This document shows positions 39,963-49,786 of a DNA stretch of 61,396 bases, piece after piece; the stretch's first letter is position 1, and each line of letters starts with the position of its first letter. The stretch spans positions 1 through 61,396 of IMG/VR virus record IMGVR_UViG_3300034121_001426. The stretch is one strand, 5' to 3'. The stretch comes from a virus (lineage: Duplodnaviria > Caudoviricetes). The position numbers were made by a program, and so were the translations under genes. The notes under the pieces were generated by a model. That model did not search any database, was not told the DNA's origin, and worked only from the letters and a program-made list of their open reading frames with translations.

Positions 39963-40958
39963 TCAATCTTGGTTATAGATAAATGATTGTTCCAAAAACG
40001 TATTCCAAAGATCATACCTGAATGCCCAATATTCACCTCTGATGCGACACGTTTTGGAGGAAACAGTAAATTGATGGGCACTCAGTTGCTGTGGGTCAAA
40101 GGTGTTTATTATGGCCTGATCATTAATAAAATCAGTCAGGCTCTTGTCGAATTGTGGAGGGATCTTCCAACGATTACCTCTATAGGAGAATTCCATTTTC
40201 AATTGGTGAAAAATTTCTAGATAATTCTGTGCTTTGACAGCATTTCCTAGATCGTTATATCCTGATTCAGGGGTGTGGGATTTGACCCAAATTTTCAAGT
40301 CAAGAACGAATTCATCCAATTCTGACCGATCTGCAAAATTTCCCATAGTCAAGGGGAGATTGTTGTATTGGAGTATTTGGAATCCATTTTTGGGAAAAAT
40401 CACATAAGTGATGCCCCCAGCCCTCCTTGGATCCCACTGGTCTGTGGTGACCCACATGCTGTTGGTGAGGAAAGCAGTGTAACCTGAATTCTTGAGAGCT
40501 TGATCAAATGTTTGTGTGATTTCTGGAAAGTTAATTTTATCTGGTACAAGGTATTCCGCTTCTGGCTGCGCATGTGCGTCAAACACTGAATCTTGTTGTT
40601 GGATACTGGTATACAGTAGACGGTGGTTTTCCTTGATCAAATTGATCCACTCACTGCATTCCTGTTGCAGTATGGGTATGATTTTCTTTTGGCCCTGAGT
40701 GGGCTTATCACCCATTTTATGCAGGTAGGAAATTTTCAAATTGATTCGATTGATTAGTTTTTCCAACGCTGTTTGAAGTGCAGTGTCTTGTTGAAATCTG
40801 TCCTTGAGAATTACACTATCGTTAAATGCCTTGTTCAATTTACGTATTTTATCCAGTATTGCAGTCAAATCTCTAGTGGTGATGTCAGTTCTGGTGCGTT
40901 TTGCACCAGGTGGCATTGGTTGATCGAACGATTGTTCAAATAGATCTAGTAATTTCAT
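39963..40958 (-). CDS. Late protein, degenerate paralog 3
   Basis: MKLLDLFE; shares ECS, IFPKNG and GEYWA with 38917 but has LYTS in place of LYRG. Confidence 0.6.
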   Translation of the reverse strand: MKLLDLFEQSFDQPMPPGAKRTRTDITTRDLTAILDKIRKLNKAFNDSVILKDRFQQDTALQTALEKLINRINLKISYLHKMGDKPTQGQKKIIPILQQECSEWINLIKENHRLLYTSIQQQDSVFDAHAQPEAEYLVPDKINFPEITQTFDQALKNSGYTAFLTNSMWVTTDQWDPRRAGGITYVIFPKNGFQILQYNNLPLTMGNFADRSELDEFVLDLKIWVKSHTPESGYNDLGNAVKAQNYLEIFHQLKMEFSYRGNRWKIPPQFDKSLTDFINDQAIINTFDPQQLSAHQFTVSSKTCRIRGEYWAFRYDLWNTFLEQSFIYNQD

Positions 40959-41111
40959 TGGCATCAATTCCAATAACTGTTTGGTGTATTTAGATGGCGA
41001 AAGCGATGATTTGCATCATCGCTTTTGACACCAACATTGAGGGAGGGATCATGGGCTTAATTTGGGCCACCTCCTTATCATGTTATCTGGATCCCTCTCC
41101 CAATTTTCAGC

Positions 41112-41342
41112 TTATGCCCAGGGATCCAATATGGCTTTTTTTCGCAACCAACGAATTCTGGCTTCAGCTTTTTTGCGGCGGCGCTTGGTGGTGGGCTTTT
41201 CATAAAACCTACGCTTGCGCAACTCTTTGGTAATACCTTCCTGATTCATTAGCCTCTTGAGGCGGCTCAATGCACCTTCCAGGTTACCATTCATAACTCT
41301 AACAAAAAGTCCCTTTTTGTTAAAAGTATATTGATCGTCCAT
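41112..41342 (-). CDS. rpsU: Ribosomal protein bS21
   Basis: ALSRLKR, ELRKRRFYEKPTTKRRRKK. Confidence 0.92.
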   Translation of the reverse strand: MDDQYTFNKKGLFVRVMNGNLEGALSRLKRLMNQEGITKELRKRRFYEKPTTKRRRKKAEARIRWLRKKAILDPWA

Positions 41343-41404
41343 GTTGTATTACCTTCTACTGAACAAACATAGTGTAGAGGATTAGGATGATTACGTCAAA
41401 ATTA

Positions 41405-42127
41405 TTAGCTGATTTTGTTTTCCAACATGCCCATGTAGGCATCATAATTGTGCCCTGGCCAGGTGTGAAATCCATTCTTGGGAGTGGTTCTAAACTGATC
41501 CCAGAATCCACTGCCCATGATGTGAGCATTGAACATTTCCATGACATTTTGTTCAGTGTCATTGAGGTGATTCATGCTATGATTGATTTCCTTCACCATT
41601 TCAATGCCTGGTTCTCCACCATATGTGGCATTGGCTGGCAGTCTCTGCCTGCGTGGCTTCTTGCCGCGATAGAGACTTTCTATGTCGCCGCCTTTGAATA
41701 TGTCAGTTTTGTACCAGTTGGGCTTGCCACCAGCATCCTGCACATATTCAATCACCACTGTGTCAATCATGCCAGCCCATTTGGGTTGATTGAGTATGGA
41801 TTTCATGTTGCCCCACACATCCTGATCAAAACCATTTATGTAGAGCACATTGCCTTGCCCGTGACCCACACCTGTGCGCCACTTGGCACCCTTGTCCCAG
41901 ACAATTCTCAGGATGCCTTGCTTGTAGGCTTCCCAGAGTGCTCTCACAGGTTTGTTTTGAATATAGTCAGGCAATCCCAACTGATGCTGATGCTTCACCA
42001 GCCAGTCTCTGTGATTGCGTTCGGGTGTGATATCCACCAGCTTGTGGTTGATATAAAAATAGGCGTCGCCCAGTTCTGCTGGGCGAGCGCCTGATTGTTT
42101 AGCTTCTAGTAATTCCAAGATCTTCAT
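41405..42127 (-). CDS. Late protein, putative internal head protein
   Basis: MKILELLEA N-terminus; TAAATA upstream. Confidence 0.6.
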   Translation of the reverse strand: MKILELLEAKQSGARPAELGDAYFYINHKLVDITPERNHRDWLVKHQHQLGLPDYIQNKPVRALWEAYKQGILRIVWDKGAKWRTGVGHGQGNVLYINGFDQDVWGNMKSILNQPKWAGMIDTVVIEYVQDAGGKPNWYKTDIFKGGDIESLYRGKKPRRQRLPANATYGGEPGIEMVKEINHSMNHLNDTEQNVMEMFNAHIMGSGFWDQFRTTPKNGFHTWPGHNYDAYMGMLENKIS

Positions 42128-42159
42128 AGAGTTATTTATTGGCTCTATGAGGGAAATTC

Positions 42160-42243
42160 CTACTTGCTGTTCACTGCGATGGCTGTGACACTGTTGAAGG
42201 GGCTGCCATCAAGCAGCTTGGTGCTCCACACAAGGTAGACCTG
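42160..42243 (-). pseudogene. Displaced original 3' end of creA
   Basis: Translates QVYLVWSTKLLDGSPFNSVTAIAVNSK*; the current CreA end is LVYLVWSTKLIDGSPFNSVTAVPLKSP*. Confidence 0.9.
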
Positions 42244-42295
42244 GTATAAATAGTTTATTACATGTGTAATAGACAAGACAAAGGAGAGGAGACAT

Positions 42296-43024
42296 ATGTT
42301 CCTGCAGAACAAATATACTAAATGGTATTTCAATATTGTGAATAATGCTCAAGGTCGCAATAGATCAGATCTTGCATTGCCCATGGAACGACATCACATT
42401 ATACCAGATTGTATGCATCTGAATAGAAGACGCCACGGACCACCAGGGACTGTTCGGGGAAATCCAAATAACCCCAACAATTTAGTTTATCTAACCATTA
42501 AAGAACACTTCTTATGCCACTGGCTATTGACTAAAATGGTTGATTCACAATATCTCAGACCGATGCATTATGCACTCCATAGGATGACATTTTGTCGTAG
42601 ATCTAATACCAGGCTCATTGCAGGCTGGCAGGTCTGTAAAGCTAGAACGGCGATTCTTGCAGCAACAGTTGGACGCTCTCTATCAGAGGAAACAAAAAAG
42701 AAGATTAGCGCCTCCAAGATTGGTAAACGCAAAGGTCTTAAGCAATCACCAGATCATGTTCAAAAAAGAGCTAACTCTCTTAAAGGAAAGGCTAAATCAG
42801 CAGAACATAAATCGAATATATCTCAATCGAAAATGGGCAAGACATCATATATTCGAACAGATGAGACCAAGGAAAAAAATAGGAAATCCAGGATTGGAGC
42901 GGCAAAAGATTACAAATGGTGGAATGACGGAACTAAATCTACCTTATGTCCCGTTTGTCCAGGAGATGGGTGGAGTCAAGGACGATTTAAGGCGATTTCA
43001 AAGGAACTGCGGTTACCGAATTAA
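42296..43024 (+). CDS. Free-standing HNH homing endonuclease with NUMOD3-like repeats
   Basis: ERHHIIP...NLVYLTIKEHFLCHWLL; SEETKKKIS; TATAAATA at 42245. Confidence 0.88.
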   Translation: MFLQNKYTKWYFNIVNNAQGRNRSDLALPMERHHIIPDCMHLNRRRHGPPGTVRGNPNNPNNLVYLTIKEHFLCHWLLTKMVDSQYLRPMHYALHRMTFCRRSNTRLIAGWQVCKARTAILAATVGRSLSEETKKKISASKIGKRKGLKQSPDHVQKRANSLKGKAKSAEHKSNISQSKMGKTSYIRTDETKEKNRKSRIGAAKDYKWWNDGTKSTLCPVCPGDGWSQGRFKAISKELRLPN

Positions 43025-43451
43025 ATGGACTCCCATCTATCAGCTTGGTAGACCAGACCAAATACACTAACGATTTGCGGTCAGGGTCCCAAAACCTGCT
43101 CACTCTCATGGTTTTGAACAAGAAGCTGGTTTTCTCTGTGAAGATCACTTCACCCTTGCGGCTGCGATCAATTTCACCTTTGATCTTGATCTCACCAGTT
43201 GCACGGCAGGCAATACTGAAGCGGCTGGGATCTTCAGCAATGCCCAGTGCACCTGTGATGCCACCAGTTTCTGCACGGCTGATATAACAACTGACTCCAT
43301 CCACCTTGGGATCGTCAAACCGTTCCACAACCACCCTATCACCACTGCCCAGTATGCGCCAGGTGGTGGTTACTTCACCCACTTGCGTTTGGGCCAAGGC
43401 TGTGGTTGCAGCACACGCCAGAGCTGCAATAGCCAAAAACATGTTTTTCAT
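42987..43451 (-). CDS. creA: CreA family periplasmic protein
   Basis: FDDPKVDGVSCYISRA.TGG, AEDPS.SIACR, KLIDGSP. Confidence 0.9.
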   Translation of the reverse strand: MKNMFLAIAALACAATTALAQTQVGEVTTTWRILGSGDRVVVERFDDPKVDGVSCYISRAETGGITGALGIAEDPSRFSIACRATGEIKIKGEIDRSRKGEVIFTEKTSFLFKTMRVSRFWDPDRKSLVYLVWSTKLIDGSPFNSVTAVPLKSP

Positions 43452-43464
43452 GTGAGATGCTTTC

Positions 43465-44040
43465 TTACTTGACCACAGGCATCAGCAGCGCCTGGATGCT
43501 GTTGCCCTGCATGTTGGGCTCACGTTCCAGCTTGTGTTCACCCACAGCAGCCAGGAAGCGATTCATCACTTCCACACCCAGTTCACGATAGGCCATTTCT
43601 CTACCGCGAAACTTGATTACAACCTTGACCTTGCAACTGTCATCCAGGAAGCTGCGTGCATTGCGAGCCTTGATCTCAATATCATGCTCGTCAGTGACAG
43701 GTCGCAGTTGCACTTCCTTGATGTGAATTTCATTCTCTCGGTTCTTGCGAGCACGTTCCTTGGCTGCCTTCTTCTGCTCATACAGATACTTGTTGAGGTC
43801 CACAATCTTGGCAATCATGGGCTGCGCCTCAGTGTTGATTGCCACAAGATCCATGCCTTCCAGCCTGGCTCTGTTGAGCGCGTCATGTGTTGCCACAACA
43901 CCCAAGTTGCTGCCATCCTGTAGGATCAGGCGCACCTGAGGTGAGCGAATGCGTTCGTTAGCCAGAGTCTGTTCTAGTGCCATGGTAGATGGTTGGTCCT
44001 TTTTGTTTCGAATATGATTACTATATGGTATTTTCGCCAT
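43465..44040 (-). CDS. infC: Translation initiation factor IF-3
   Basis: NERIR..QVRLI, KYLYEQKK, KEVQLRP, KVVIKFRGRE. Confidence 0.93.
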   Translation of the reverse strand: MAKIPYSNHIRNKKDQPSTMALEQTLANERIRSPQVRLILQDGSNLGVVATHDALNRARLEGMDLVAINTEAQPMIAKIVDLNKYLYEQKKAAKERARKNRENEIHIKEVQLRPVTDEHDIEIKARNARSFLDDSCKVKVVIKFRGREMAYRELGVEVMNRFLAAVGEHKLEREPNMQGNSIQALLMPVVK

Positions 44041-45275
44041 CAGTCAACCACTTTTTCTGGATCTTTTTGTTCAATCACAGTGCTTTTGTTTACAATCAAT
44101 TTTTTCACTTGTTCCTGTTTGAGTTGGGGGATTAGATATTGGCTGTTGATGAGAATGCGCTCAATCACCCTACGCAGTCCTCGCGCACCAGTTCTGGTGC
44201 GGGTAACCTGACTGGCAATCTGATCCAGAGCCTCGTCTTCAAAAACCAGTTCAATGTTTTCCAGTTGAAACAGCTTTTGAAATTGCTTGGTAATGGCATT
44301 CTTGGGTTCCACCAAGATCCTTTTGAGAGTGGACTGATTGAGATCTTCAAAGGGCAGGATAACTGGGATACGACCAATCAATTCTGGAATCATGCCATAG
44401 GCAATCAGGTCTTCTGTTTCCACCTGCTGCACCAGTTGAAAACTCTTTTGTGCATCAGGAATCTTGAGATCACTGTTGAAGCCCATGCTGGTGGATTGAT
44501 CTTCCAAACGGGCTTCAATCACCTTGTTGAGTCCTTCAAAGGCACCACCCAGAATAAACAGGATGTTACGAGTGTTCATGCTGACAAATTCACCATTGGG
44601 ATTTTTTCTGCCACCAGCAGGCTGAAATTTAACGTCACTGCCTTCAATAATCTTGAGTAATGCCTGTTGCACTCCTTCACCGCTGACATCTCGGGTGGTG
44701 CTGACATTCTCGCCACTCTTGCGACCAATCTTGTCAATTTCATCCACAAAGATGATGCCCTTTTGAGCTTTTTCCAGATCATTTTCTGCTGCCTGAAACA
44801 GTCTGGTGAGACATTCTTCTGGATCCAGGCCCACATAACCAGTTTGGCTCAAACTGGTGGCGTCCACCACAGCAAAAGGCACATTGAGGATCTGGGCCAG
44901 AGTATTCACCATGTGAGACTTGCCCACACCACTGCTGCCAATCATGAGAATGTTGCTTTTGTCTATGGTTACACCATCCACCACTGGATGAGCCAGTCTC
45001 TTGAGATGGTTGTAGATGGCCACACCCAGGGTTTTTTTGGCCAGTGTTTGCCCAATCACGTGTTCATTTAGGTAATCTACAATCACTGGTGGGGTTAGAT
45101 TAATGTCTGACTGTGTGTGATCAGCAGCCTCTTCTGGAGGATGAATCACCTGACCACACAGATCAATGCACTCATTACAAATGAATGCACCATTGCCACT
45201 CACAAGAGTTTTCACTTGTGTTTGGTTTTTGTTACAAAAACTACAGGAGTGAATCATCTTGATGTTGGCTGTCAT
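44040..45275 (-). CDS. clpX: ClpX ATPase
   Basis: CSFC...CNEC zinc finger, [36 protein letters not shown]. Confidence 0.95.
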   Translation of the reverse strand: MTANIKMIHSCSFCNKNQTQVKTLVSGNGAFICNECIDLCGQVIHPPEEAADHTQSDINLTPPVIVDYLNEHVIGQTLAKKTLGVAIYNHLKRLAHPVVDGVTIDKSNILMIGSSGVGKSHMVNTLAQILNVPFAVVDATSLSQTGYVGLDPEECLTRLFQAAENDLEKAQKGIIFVDEIDKIGRKSGENVSTTRDVSGEGVQQALLKIIEGSDVKFQPAGGRKNPNGEFVSMNTRNILFILGGAFEGLNKVIEARLEDQSTSMGFNSDLKIPDAQKSFQLVQQVETEDLIAYGMIPELIGRIPVILPFEDLNQSTLKRILVEPKNAITKQFQKLFQLENIELVFEDEALDQIASQVTRTRTGARGLRRVIERILINSQYLIPQLKQEQVKKLIVNKSTVIEQKDPEKVVD

Positions 45276-45727
45276 GATTGTTCTCCAACTACATGTTGTT
45301 TGACCAACTGTAGCAGCATGTGTTCAAAAATCATGCTGCTTTGATTATACAAGGGAATCTGGGCAAATTCTGCCAGGCTGTTGATGGTTTCATCACTGCC
45401 CACATGAACATATCTCAAACAGTGTGTGATGCTGCTGACAAGAGCAATATTGAATGCGTCTTGTGCATGAGCAATCACTGCATTCATATGAAAGTGATTG
45501 ATCCAGATCCAATCCACCTGTTCCTTGGTATAGGGCGGTGGTTCCACCACCATGTAAAATGCCCAGTCTGTGGTAGGATATAGATCCTGTACCAGAGAGA
45601 TGTAGTCCTGAGCCTGTGATTCACTGTGGGCCAACAGCATAACTTTCACTGTGTTGGCAGGAGGTAACCACACACTGGGATATGTAACCAGGTGACCATA
45701 TGTCATCTGACTCTTGTCAAAACTCAT
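45272..45727 (-). CDS. Hypothetical protein
   Basis: Translationally coupled to clpX. Confidence 0.7.
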   Translation of the reverse strand: MSFDKSQMTYGHLVTYPSVWLPPANTVKVMLLAHSESQAQDYISLVQDLYPTTDWAFYMVVEPPPYTKEQVDWIWINHFHMNAVIAHAQDAFNIALVSSITHCLRYVHVGSDETINSLAEFAQIPLYNQSSMIFEHMLLQLVKQHVVGEQS

Positions 45728-45789
45728 TGTATCGCTAACCCCTCGTTGTTTGTACTAGAGTTTACTTGTTCAATGAGTTCTGTCAAAGC

Positions 45790-46935
45790 TTATTTCAACA
45801 ACAGTGGAGTGACAGTGATGTTGGGTTCCACATTGGCCACAACCGCATCCAATTTTTCAGCCAGAACGGGCAAAATCTGGGTGGGGTTGACTCTTACACA
45901 CTTGTCACCAAAATTTGTGATTGTGGGATCAAAGATTTCCTGATTGCCACTATAATCTTCTGTCAATGCTCTGGCAATCAATCTCTTGATGCAGTCTGCA
46001 CCCAACAAATAGTCTCCGGGACTGGTTTCATCTTCTGTGCTGAGGTAGTTGGCGCGATCATAGGCTACTGTGAAACTCAGTGTATCCAGGGGACTTGTAC
46101 CATCAATTGTACCATCTTTGTCAAACGTGCCCAGATACACAGGACTGATCAGCTCTCCCAGCTTGTTGACGATGCCATCCCATCTCATGTTGGCACGTTC
46201 TTTGTCAATGCTTTCAGCATAGGTGAGAGGTGTGCCACCATGATTGCCAGTGAGAAATCCAATGTCAGAGATCAAACCAGTGTCACCATTCTGCAATACC
46301 CAGGGTTGTCCCACAGCACTGCACAGTTGCAGAGTTTGATTGGGCACAGTGCCATCCCCCACTACATATGCAACAACCTGATGTGCCCAGGTGAGGCTGT
46401 TGATGTCTGCTGCACAGCTAGCAGCAGTTGTACTGCTCCAAGTGACTTCGACTCCGTTGATGAGAATGTCCTCTGCAGCAACTGGTGCTGTAAATCCAGT
46501 GCCAGTTTCACAAGGCCAATCTCTGTAAACACTTTCAGTCAATCCCAGCTCGGCCAAACCACCTGATCCTTCTTTCAACCAAATGTTACTGCCTTCATAA
46601 CCCACCCAATTGCGCAGTGTGATGCAGGTGCTGATCACTGTGTTGTCAGCATACACACCAGTCTGTGGTGTCAGTGCATTGATGTCACTAATGGCATCAG
46701 CAAGAGCAGCGCCACTGAATGCCACCAACACATCATTTATGTAAAGTGTTTTGAATAGTGTGAGGACAGGAGTGTCCACAGTTCCTGTGATCAAAACTGT
46801 TCTGTTGTATTTCTCAGCAGTGGTGTTGTCAATTGCGCCAGCATCTGTGGCATCTGTTGCCGCTGTCCAGTTTGCTGGTGCAGTCATGTCAATTTCCACT
46901 CTGTAATAACGTGGAGTAAGGGTTGCTGTTACCAT
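45790..46935 (-). CDS. Putative virion structural protein
   Basis: TAAATA upstream; acidic and Thr/Gly-rich; repeated ING/IND...INxL motifs. Confidence 0.6.
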   Translation of the reverse strand: MVTATLTPRYYRVEIDMTAPANWTAATDATDAGAIDNTTAEKYNRTVLITGTVDTPVLTLFKTLYINDVLVAFSGAALADAISDINALTPQTGVYADNTVISTCITLRNWVGYEGSNIWLKEGSGGLAELGLTESVYRDWPCETGTGFTAPVAAEDILINGVEVTWSSTTAASCAADINSLTWAHQVVAYVVGDGTVPNQTLQLCSAVGQPWVLQNGDTGLISDIGFLTGNHGGTPLTYAESIDKERANMRWDGIVNKLGELISPVYLGTFDKDGTIDGTSPLDTLSFTVAYDRANYLSTEDETSPGDYLLGADCIKRLIARALTEDYSGNQEIFDPTITNFGDKCVRVNPTQILPVLAEKLDAVVANVEPNITVTPLLLK

Positions 46936-47007
46936 CTCTTTCCTTGAGCCTGTTGGGATATGTTTGTTGAATATTTAGCTCATGGAAAGAGATTTTTGCT
47001 AGATCAT

Positions 47008-47454
47008 CTATTCACACACAAAAGTCTGCAGATCAGTGGTGTAAATCACCCTGGGAATAGAAAAATCCAGGATACACTTCTGGCATCCCTTGCAGGGACG
47101 ACTCATGCCCAGAACCCAGCTCTTGCTGGTTTCACTGGGCCTCTTGATGCGCAACACATAAAGAGTGCTCTTGGCAAGGTCCTGAGGCACACGCCTCTTG
47201 AGAAAGTTGTAGATGGCATGGGTTTCTGCATGCCAAAACAGGCTGTCATTGTTTTTCCCAAATTTATGCTGAAAAGGATGGGATCTCAGACTGTTGTTGC
47301 CAAAACTGATAATGTTTCCTCGAATGGCCACAGCAGCAGCCAGCCTGGCATTGGCTACAGGTGTGACATCTTCTGCCATTGTGTGCAGAATATTCATGAT
47401 CTTAATGTCTCGATCAGTTACCGGCGCTACCGGCGCGATCGCTGCGGGATCCAT
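47008..47454 (-). CDS. Cytidine/deoxycytidylate deaminase-fold protein
   Basis: HAE and PCKGC zinc motifs. Confidence 0.85.
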   Translation of the reverse strand: MDPAAIAPVAPVTDRDIKIMNILHTMAEDVTPVANARLAAAVAIRGNIISFGNNSLRSHPFQHKFGKNNDSLFWHAETHAIYNFLKRRVPQDLAKSTLYVLRIKRPSETSKSWVLGMSRPCKGCQKCILDFSIPRVIYTTDLQTFVCE

Positions 47455-47568
47455 GTGGATTTTGTCTCCGAAATGCTTTTATACAAGCATGATACTGGTG
47501 ATTTGTGTGATGTCAACAGGATTTATCCTGTTGACACTGTCAACTAACACATGTTCGCAGCTGAGAGT

Positions 47569-47664
47569 TTATTCCCAGCCTTCGAATAAATTTTCATCCC
47601 ATTCGCGATGCCCTTCACGGAAAGCCATGTTTGATTGAGTTTCCCTCACTTCCACTCTGAAGGC
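47569..47664 (-). pseudogene. Displaced original 3' end of queD
   Basis: Translates AFRVEVRETQSNMAFREGHREWDENLFEGWE*; the current QueD end is SMVQVRETDANMAMRVGHREDNEDLFS*. Confidence 0.88.
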
Positions 47665-47674
47665 TAAATAAGGT

Positions 47675-47730
47675 GTCCTTCGCGGTTCTCCCAAACCCAA
47701 GGACTCTATTAGTAAGAAGGAACCAACAGC
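47675..47730 (+). promoter_or_regulatory. Conserved bulged-hairpin leader of GIY-YIG gene, copy 2
   Basis: TAAATA at 47665, then gtcctt-cgc-ggtt...aacc-c-aaggac-tcta. Confidence 0.6.
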
Positions 47731-48432
47731 ATGAATATTTACGCAGATAATCTGCCTTACACCTACTTCCTTATGTGGAAGTCTAGCAAATTAAAATATT
47801 ATGGTTGCCAATATGGCAAGAAGGCTAACCCACAGAATATTCTATCAGGAACCTACCGAACCTCTTCAAAATATGTCAAACAGTATTGGAATGATTTTGG
47901 CGCTCCAGATATAATCGTTATTCACAGAACGTTTCAATCATCTAAAGAATGTAGAGAGTTTGAACAATTATATCTAAAAAGAGTAAGAGCACCCTATAAA
48001 GAAGATTGGCTCAACAAGACAGATAACAAAGCTATAGTAACAGAAAACTATAACCCAGAATCTTGGCAGAAAAGCCATGCTAGTCGAGCAAGACATAGAC
48101 AAGAAGATCCTGAATTCAATAAACTTATGAACGATAGGTTCGTTAAAATGATGCATAGTGAGAGTGCGACCGCCAAGCGTAAGGAAACATTTATCAAAAC
48201 ACAGCACTCTAAAGGAGCCAACAATCCTAGATATGGAGTTACAGTAGGCGAAGATACACGTAAGAAGATGTCTATCAAGCGAAAGTCTCAATATGAATTC
48301 AATGTTTTAAGATCAAAAGATCTCAATAAGACTAATAAAGTCTGTGAACATTGTGGTAAATCAGGACTCAATGCAGGGAACTATAAAAGATGGCATGGAT
48401 CTAAATGCCCTAAAAAACCAACATGTGTCTGA
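47731..48432 (+). CDS. Free-standing GIY-YIG-like homing endonuclease
   Basis: PYTY...KYYG, YRTSSKYVK, WLNK; C-terminal CEHC...HGSKC. Confidence 0.8.
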   Translation: MNIYADNLPYTYFLMWKSSKLKYYGCQYGKKANPQNILSGTYRTSSKYVKQYWNDFGAPDIIVIHRTFQSSKECREFEQLYLKRVRAPYKEDWLNKTDNKAIVTENYNPESWQKSHASRARHRQEDPEFNKLMNDRFVKMMHSESATAKRKETFIKTQHSKGANNPRYGVTVGEDTRKKMSIKRKSQYEFNVLRSKDLNKTNKVCEHCGKSGLNAGNYKRWHGSKCPKKPTCV

Positions 48433-48467
48433 TTGTTTAGGGGGTAGTAATACTACCCCCTAAACAA
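48433..48467. terminator. Bidirectional terminator
   Basis: ttgtttagggggtagta/tactaccccctaaacaa perfect stem between convergent genes. Confidence 0.8.
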
Positions 48468-48468
48468 A

Positions 48469-48951
48469 TTATGAGAATAAATCCTCGTTATCCTCTCTAT
48501 GGCCTACTCTCATAGCCATATTTGCATCAGTCTCGCGAACTTGAACCATGCTGCACCAAATTCTTTCGGCTTCTGCTGCACCATATTGAGGCAAGAACAC
48601 TCCATTTATATATTTGTATAGGAAATCAGCAATCCCCTCACAACCAGTGCGCTCAACTTCTGTAATTTTGGCTAGCCCTAATTCTCCTAGCTTTTTCATG
48701 TCTTCGTAGTGAGGATCATCAAAAGCCAATAAGAGAGTATGATCGAACCATTCCTCGAGTTTGTCCTTCAAAGGGCGAAGTCCACCAAAATCCATGCACC
48801 AGTTACGTGCATCCAATGTATCGCATTCAAATTCCAAATGAAAGCTGAGGGAATAACCATGTATAAAACGACAGAGGCTATCTGCCCGCCATTGACGATA
48901 CGCTACTGGTCCAATTTGTCTATAAGTTTTTGTGCTAATCCATTTCGCCAT
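48469..48951 (-). CDS. queD: 6-carboxytetrahydropterin synthase (QueD/PTPS)
   Basis: CRFIHGY, MDFGGL, FDHTLL, VRET. Confidence 0.88.
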   Translation of the reverse strand: MAKWISTKTYRQIGPVAYRQWRADSLCRFIHGYSLSFHLEFECDTLDARNWCMDFGGLRPLKDKLEEWFDHTLLLAFDDPHYEDMKKLGELGLAKITEVERTGCEGIADFLYKYINGVFLPQYGAAEAERIWCSMVQVRETDANMAMRVGHREDNEDLFS

Positions 48952-49551
48952 CTCTTGTCCCCTGTTGTATGAGCGAGTTTGATGACTGTGCAGAATTTTT
49001 AGAGTGGGTTGATTACAGTCATAGTCCACTGGCAATATTTACAACTATACCCATCAATCATCCTGTTAGTCAAGGCTTTCCTGCAATTTCCAATAAACAA
49101 TAGCATCCAACAATTGCTCAATATCCCCCACATAATCCCATTCCATCAAGGATATCTTGCCCCAATTAGCATCCTGAGCTTGCCAATTAAGATTAGGCGT
49201 GTTCCAATGAATGATTTCTCTCAACTCTAGGAAATAATCATTGTGAGACAGTTGACGACTATCATAGGTAACCCCATACCTGAATACCTTGCCAAACATT
49301 TGTGTTTTTTCTCTGGATCAGTGCTGATACGTTCTCAGGTGTAGGTGATATCCCAGCCAGGAACCTTGTAAACCAGGGTGTTGTACCTGGGGCTGCCCCA
49401 CATCCAATCTTGGTTCACTCTATGTTTGCTTTTTGTAATCAGGCTGCACATGACCCTAACATCATCCAGGTTCAACATTTCCGCTCTCCATTTGACATTC
49501 ATGTTGCGGTGCAGCATAAATACTCACACACATTCAACAAGGAGGTACTCA

Positions 49552-49728
49552 ATGAATCAACAGTTTTATCAAAACATGACTGATTATGTTACAGCAATCA
49601 ACCGTGTCAACATGGAGGCTGCTGCACAAACAGTCAAGGCCACACAGGAATTTGCACTGGAGGCTTGGAAACTGCATCCACTACATGATGTTTTTGAATC
49701 CAACACCAGCAAAAAGACATCCAAGTGA
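49552..49728 (+). CDS. Small helical late protein (weakly phasin-like)
   Basis: TAAATA and AAGGAGG RBS. Confidence 0.55.
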   Translation: MNQQFYQNMTDYVTAINRVNMEAAAQTVKATQEFALEAWKLHPLHDVFESNTSKKTSK

Positions 49729-49786
49729 CCCCAATCAGGGTGTATGAAATAATCATACACCCTGATTGTTTTTGTGCATGTGAGCA

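Noticed and set aside
42160-43100. Group I intron or intein in creA or queD
   Set aside because: The HEG is antisense, the host ORF is complete with its own stop, and no intron core or intein motifs were seen
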